Source: Paraspadella gotoi
Lineage: Eukaryota; Animalia; Chaetognatha
Length of the DNA stretch: 25,651 nt
Direction of reading: 5' to 3'
Assembly (NCBI GenBank): GCA_051294375.1
Contig: JBJCIZ010000218.1
Span: forward strand, 6,257-31,907
In this document: positions 21,421 to 25,651 of the stretch, piece after piece
Layout of the letters: each line of letters opens with the position of its first letter
Numbering within the stretch: position 1 is the first letter of the stretch
The notes under the pieces: generated by a model
What the model saw: only the letters and a program-made list of their open reading frames with translations
Databases searched by the model: none
What the model was told of the DNA's origin: nothing
Made by a program: the position numbers and the translations under genes

Positions 21421-21463
21421 TTGCACTGATGAAGGTTTACATTGAAGCGGAAACATGACGGAA
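21421..21463 (+). ncRNA. Hammerhead ribozyme-like motif
   Basis: CTGATGA-A-GGTTT acattg AAGCG-GAAAC-ATGAC. Core boxes intact; stems and cleavage triplet drifted. Inverted degenerate copy at ~20620-20665. Confidence 0.55.
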
Positions 21464-24400
21464 ATTTGTTTCTTAATAAAACTCGTACGTAAACAAACAT
21501 GGAAAGGGAAAAAATATTTTATATTTTTTAAACGGTTAGCAATTGGGTTAAGGGTGGTTAGGGATTAGGGGTTGTTAGGGGTGGTTCGGGATTTGTTTTT
21601 CTACCCATACCAGTGTCCTTTTTTATTTTTGCATAGCGATATTTCTATACGTCGCTCATAAGAAAACAAAAAAACCGACCGTAAAATCTCGGTCATCGAA
21701 TGTAAAAATAAGCCAAAATATTATTACAAGATTTCCATTCATCCATCTATTTGTATCATTTTACCTTGTATCCGGATAGTCCAAGAAAAAGTAAGATAAG
21801 GAACGACTTGCCAATAACTTAAAGCTAAAAGTGAAAACACTGTAAAAAACATTTATCAAAATATAAATCTTTTTAACGATAAGCAACAAAGATTTTTTTC
21901 TGGAAAAAAAGGAAAGACAACAATTTAATATATCACGAAGAAAAAGCAATTGTCATAAAAGTAGATAAAAGCAACAAACAAAGTGAAAAGCAAAGTTTCA
22001 AAGACTCGCATCAAAATGTCCAAGTTGTGATTCACTGCGCATGCGTAAAATCTCTTAAACAAAAGACTAGTGCTGCCCTCTTACGAAACAACTGGTTCCA
22101 AATCCTCCGGATCTCAAACAAATAAAATTCAACAAAATAACAATGCTAAAAGTCCGTTAGGGAAAATAAAGGAGAAAAGGAAGACAGAAATATTTAGATT
22201 AATATTTTCTTACCACTATAATTAAAACATGTTATCCTTAAAAAAATATATGATTTATAAATATTAAAAAAACAATTTGGATATTTTAGCTTTTCAACAC
22301 CGTCACCTTCAACAGCTAAATATGATAATATAAAATCTTGGGTTAAGGGAGATTTAGGGGTGGTTTAGGGTTAGGGGTGGTTAGGGTAATTAAATAATAT
22401 TTTTTTTTTAAAAATAAATATTTTTAAATAATTTTTCAAAAGCCGCCATAACCGCGGTCGGCAAAAGTAAAATTTAGCCAAAATATTTTTCTTAAATAAC
22501 TTGATTAAAGATTATTATATTAAAGAATTAACTAAAAGAAGCAAAAAAAAAAACATTAAAAAATGCAAATTTTAATATTGGCTTTGAAGAAATTTTTTTT
22601 TTTCAGTTAAGAGCTGAGAAAAAGCAACAGGACACCCGGACTGATCACAATCATAATATTGTCGGATTCAAATGCATCTAATAAATATTTAAATGCTTCA
22701 ATGTTATAATGTGCTTCACTAGTTAAAAAAGTGATAATAAATATTTATTGAGTATATAATGGACAAATGAATTATATATTACAGAACACCTAATGATAAA
22801 AAGTGATTAATTTTGGCCTGCCTTAATGACAAGTGGTTCCCAATAAATTTGTATAGCTACTACCTTTGTAATTTGAATAACAAATAAATTGTGAACAATT
22901 AGAATACATACAGATTAGACATACACGAAAAACCGATGTTCTTTTGTCTGACCCGCGCCTCACATGAGAGGTTTGGTCTTTTTTCGACAATTTGATGCCG
23001 ATGGCACTCAAACGCTCTTTTCAAGAAAATTGGAGAAATGCCGATAACGTAGTTGGATTTGCGAAATGCGGGAAGGTTCATTTTGGTCGTGACATCAAAA
23101 AATAATTTTGAAATGACAAAAATGTGGGGCTATTCCAAAGTCTCGGCTGAGGCTGGGCTGGGCCCACCTTGTAAGAAATGTATGCTCCCATTCCTTCTCA
23201 ACTTTGGCCGGGTCGTGGACGCGGATTCCGTCAGCGTCCAATTCATACTTGGTCATCTGTTGCGGTTCATTCGTGTATATGTTTGTAGAAGATGAATAAA
23301 ACAATTTTCCTCTAAGCATGATTAGCATTCTCAGCCTCCTAATTACTAAATTTTATCACATTTCTATAAAAACTTCACAATACTTACGCCGATAGGAGCG
23401 GGGATCGGGATCGATTTGGCCACTGGTTTTGCGAGAGGAGCCGACTTCCTAGCGACGGGCAACTGGGAATCGAAAAATTTTAAAACAGGGTGAATAAAAT
23501 CCATCAGAAAAAATATTAATATCTTTTTAAAATATTTGAAAATCGTAAAAAAAATTTTTAGGCATTTAGTTGGACTGTAAAAAATATTGATTAGTGCACA
23601 AAAAAAATAAATCGGTTGAGCCAGTAAAATATGGCAACACTTTAAAATCAAAACTTTAAAATGAAATTGGGAAAAGTAAATTTCTCTAGTTTGATGTCCA
23701 TCATTCTTTTTCTGACATTCGCTATTGATATAGAATCAAAAATGATAGAAAATAAATTTTGGGTGGGAAACATATTGCTTTACTTTTTTAAAAAATATTT
23801 TAAAAGCAAAAATCTTTTAAATACAATAACATAACATATAAACAAAAATATAAATGTTAAGTTAATTTAGAAGAGTTTAAAAAAGTTATTTCTCACAAAA
23901 TTGTTAGGACCCGCCGGTCACGAATGTAAAGAAAAGATCATAAATAAATGGTAAATCCTTGTGACGACGTAATAACGTTTAGACACAGATTTGTGAGTCT
24001 TTGGATCTAACAAAATAAAGCATGTGGACGGCGTGTACAATTTTATCACAAATGAACAAAACGCACCTGATACGTTTGGTGAGGAACCGCAGGTTAGTCC
24101 TCCAAAAACGCCCCCGAGAATATTCGAGAAAAACTTTCAGCCCAGCGAGTCCCATCAAAAGATGTTTCAAAGACATGATTTTGGGTTTCAAGCAAATCTG
24201 TTTTTCTCTAAGTTTATTTCTCAAGCTAAGGCTTTGTGATTCATAGCTTGAATTAAGATAATTAATGTCTAGAGACTAAATGACAACTTTTGTATTAGAA
24301 CCAAGGACTGATAGTAAGGACCGACGTTAGCACGAAAGATGAGAATATCAGAAACGATAAATCCTCGTGACAAAGTCCGAACTCAGACGATCAAGATCCT

Positions 24401-24683
24401 TCGAGTCTAACATTTATCTAAAAAAAAAAAAATGTATGCCAAAGAACCAAGACACGTAAAATAGCGTTAAAAATCGATATCATCACTTCAAGTCGTAAAA
24501 GTTGTGAACTTTAATTTTGACAATTAGAAAACTCCTAAATTTTTTTTTTCTGAAAGAAAAAGAGACAACAAAACAAATGAGGTAACGACTGGTCGCAAAC
24601 GGCGCATCAAAATTTAAAATTTAAAACTCCTAAATGTTTTAAAAAAATATAGACGCGTTTTAAAATAAGAAAGATTTGAAAAA

Positions 24684-24755
24684 AAAATGGCGGGATGCGG
24701 CCCGGGCAGGTGATTCGTGCTCGGTCACGTGACTATTGAAATCAGCTCCGATTGG
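24684..24755. promoter_or_regulatory. Promoter-like motif cluster
   Basis: AAAATGGCGG (YY1-like) at 24684-24693, palindromic E-box GTCACGTGAC at 24724-24733 and ATTGG (reverse CCAAT) at 24751-24755 in a CpG-rich patch. Confidence 0.45.
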
Positions 24756-25162
24756 TTCGTTAATTTTCTAGGCCCAGGTCGCTGATTGAAAAAAAAACGG
24801 GATACGAAAGAGGGCGCTTTAGTAAATCGGGGATGGGACATCCCTCGTAGCGTTAAGAAAGAAACGAAAAGCGAAAATCAATCAAGATGATGAACAAGGG
24901 CCATCTGGCTGATCTTTGTTGTCCTACAAAAGTGGCATGGCGTCGCTCCAAACCTGCTGGTGGTCATTATTCTTTACCATTCCTCTGTCGTCACAATTAT
25001 AATTTATTCCATTGTCCATATCAAATGTTCTTCTCGCTGCAAAGTTTAATAATATGCCAGTCTTCCTAATACCATCTTTAGCATCCCAACTAGCATTAAA
25101 TGCAGTTTGCGGGCTTTTTTTGTTTCGTTCCTTCGCTGCAGGTGGTTGTGCGCACTGCGCAC

Positions 25163-25410
25163 TCTTCTCTCTCTCGTCTCTCTCTCTCGTCTCCTTCTCT
25201 CTCTCTCTCTCTCTCTCTCGTGTCTCTCTCTCTCTCTCATGTTTAACGGATAAAAACTCGTTTCGTTTATATCTTTAAATACTTTCACTTGGGAAATATT
25301 CATTTTTAATTGATTTAGCTTTTAGGGCACAATGTAGCCTAAAGCCCGTTTGCCTTAATACAAACAATTCAATTCAATTCAATCTCTCTCTCTCCTCTCT
25401 CTCTCTCTCT
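25163..25410 (+). repeat. (CT)n microsatellites
   Basis: Interrupted CT runs at 25163-25238 and 25383-25410. Confidence 0.9.
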
Positions 25411-25651
25411 CGTTGCACCTTCGCCGTTTTCCGTTTGCGAATTTTACACCAGAAAGTAAAGTTCAAAATAAAGCTAAACGGAAAGTTTATTTCAAATAAA
25501 AGACTTTGACAGAGTTTTCAAAGTGTTAACCTTTTATATATTTACCCTTTCGAATGAATTAAGTTCAAGTCGTACTTCCACGAGGGTTTCAAAGAAAGGG
25601 TCTAACTGATTGTTTATCTACAGACGAAAAACGCTTAACCCGTACACAAGT

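Larger units (their letters stand above)
20586..21497. repeat. ~115-bp inverted repeats (20586-20700 and 21382-21497), each containing a hammerhead-like core
   Basis: TTGTTTATGTACGAGTTTTTAT...CAAATATTTT is the diverged reverse complement of AAAATATTTATTTCACAAAT...AAACTCGTACGTAAACAA. Confidence 0.75.

Overview
AT-rich eukaryotic (invertebrate-like) genomic DNA dominated by mobile elements, read by eye without database searches. The main feature is an uninterrupted 1813-aa minus-strand ORF (1286-6727). It joins a Mutator/NOF-like DDE transposase to a USP (peptidase C19) deubiquitinase-like domain, a degenerate second USP-like segment and a C-terminal Ulp1/SENP (C48) protease. Upstream on the same strand lie an intronless SGNH/GDSL hydrolase ORF (8434-9036) and a 103-aa ORF, suggesting a multi-gene DNA transposon whose termini I could not find. 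The rest holds DINE-1/Helentron-type non-autonomous elements (two families), a TA-flanked MITE with a nested insertion, a ~690-bp foldback element, MITEs with TTAGGG-like repeats, a tRNA-derived SINE family, Penelope-type minimal hammerhead ribozyme motifs in inverted repeats, a frameshifted repeat-coding terminal exon, promoter-like motif clusters and microsatellites.
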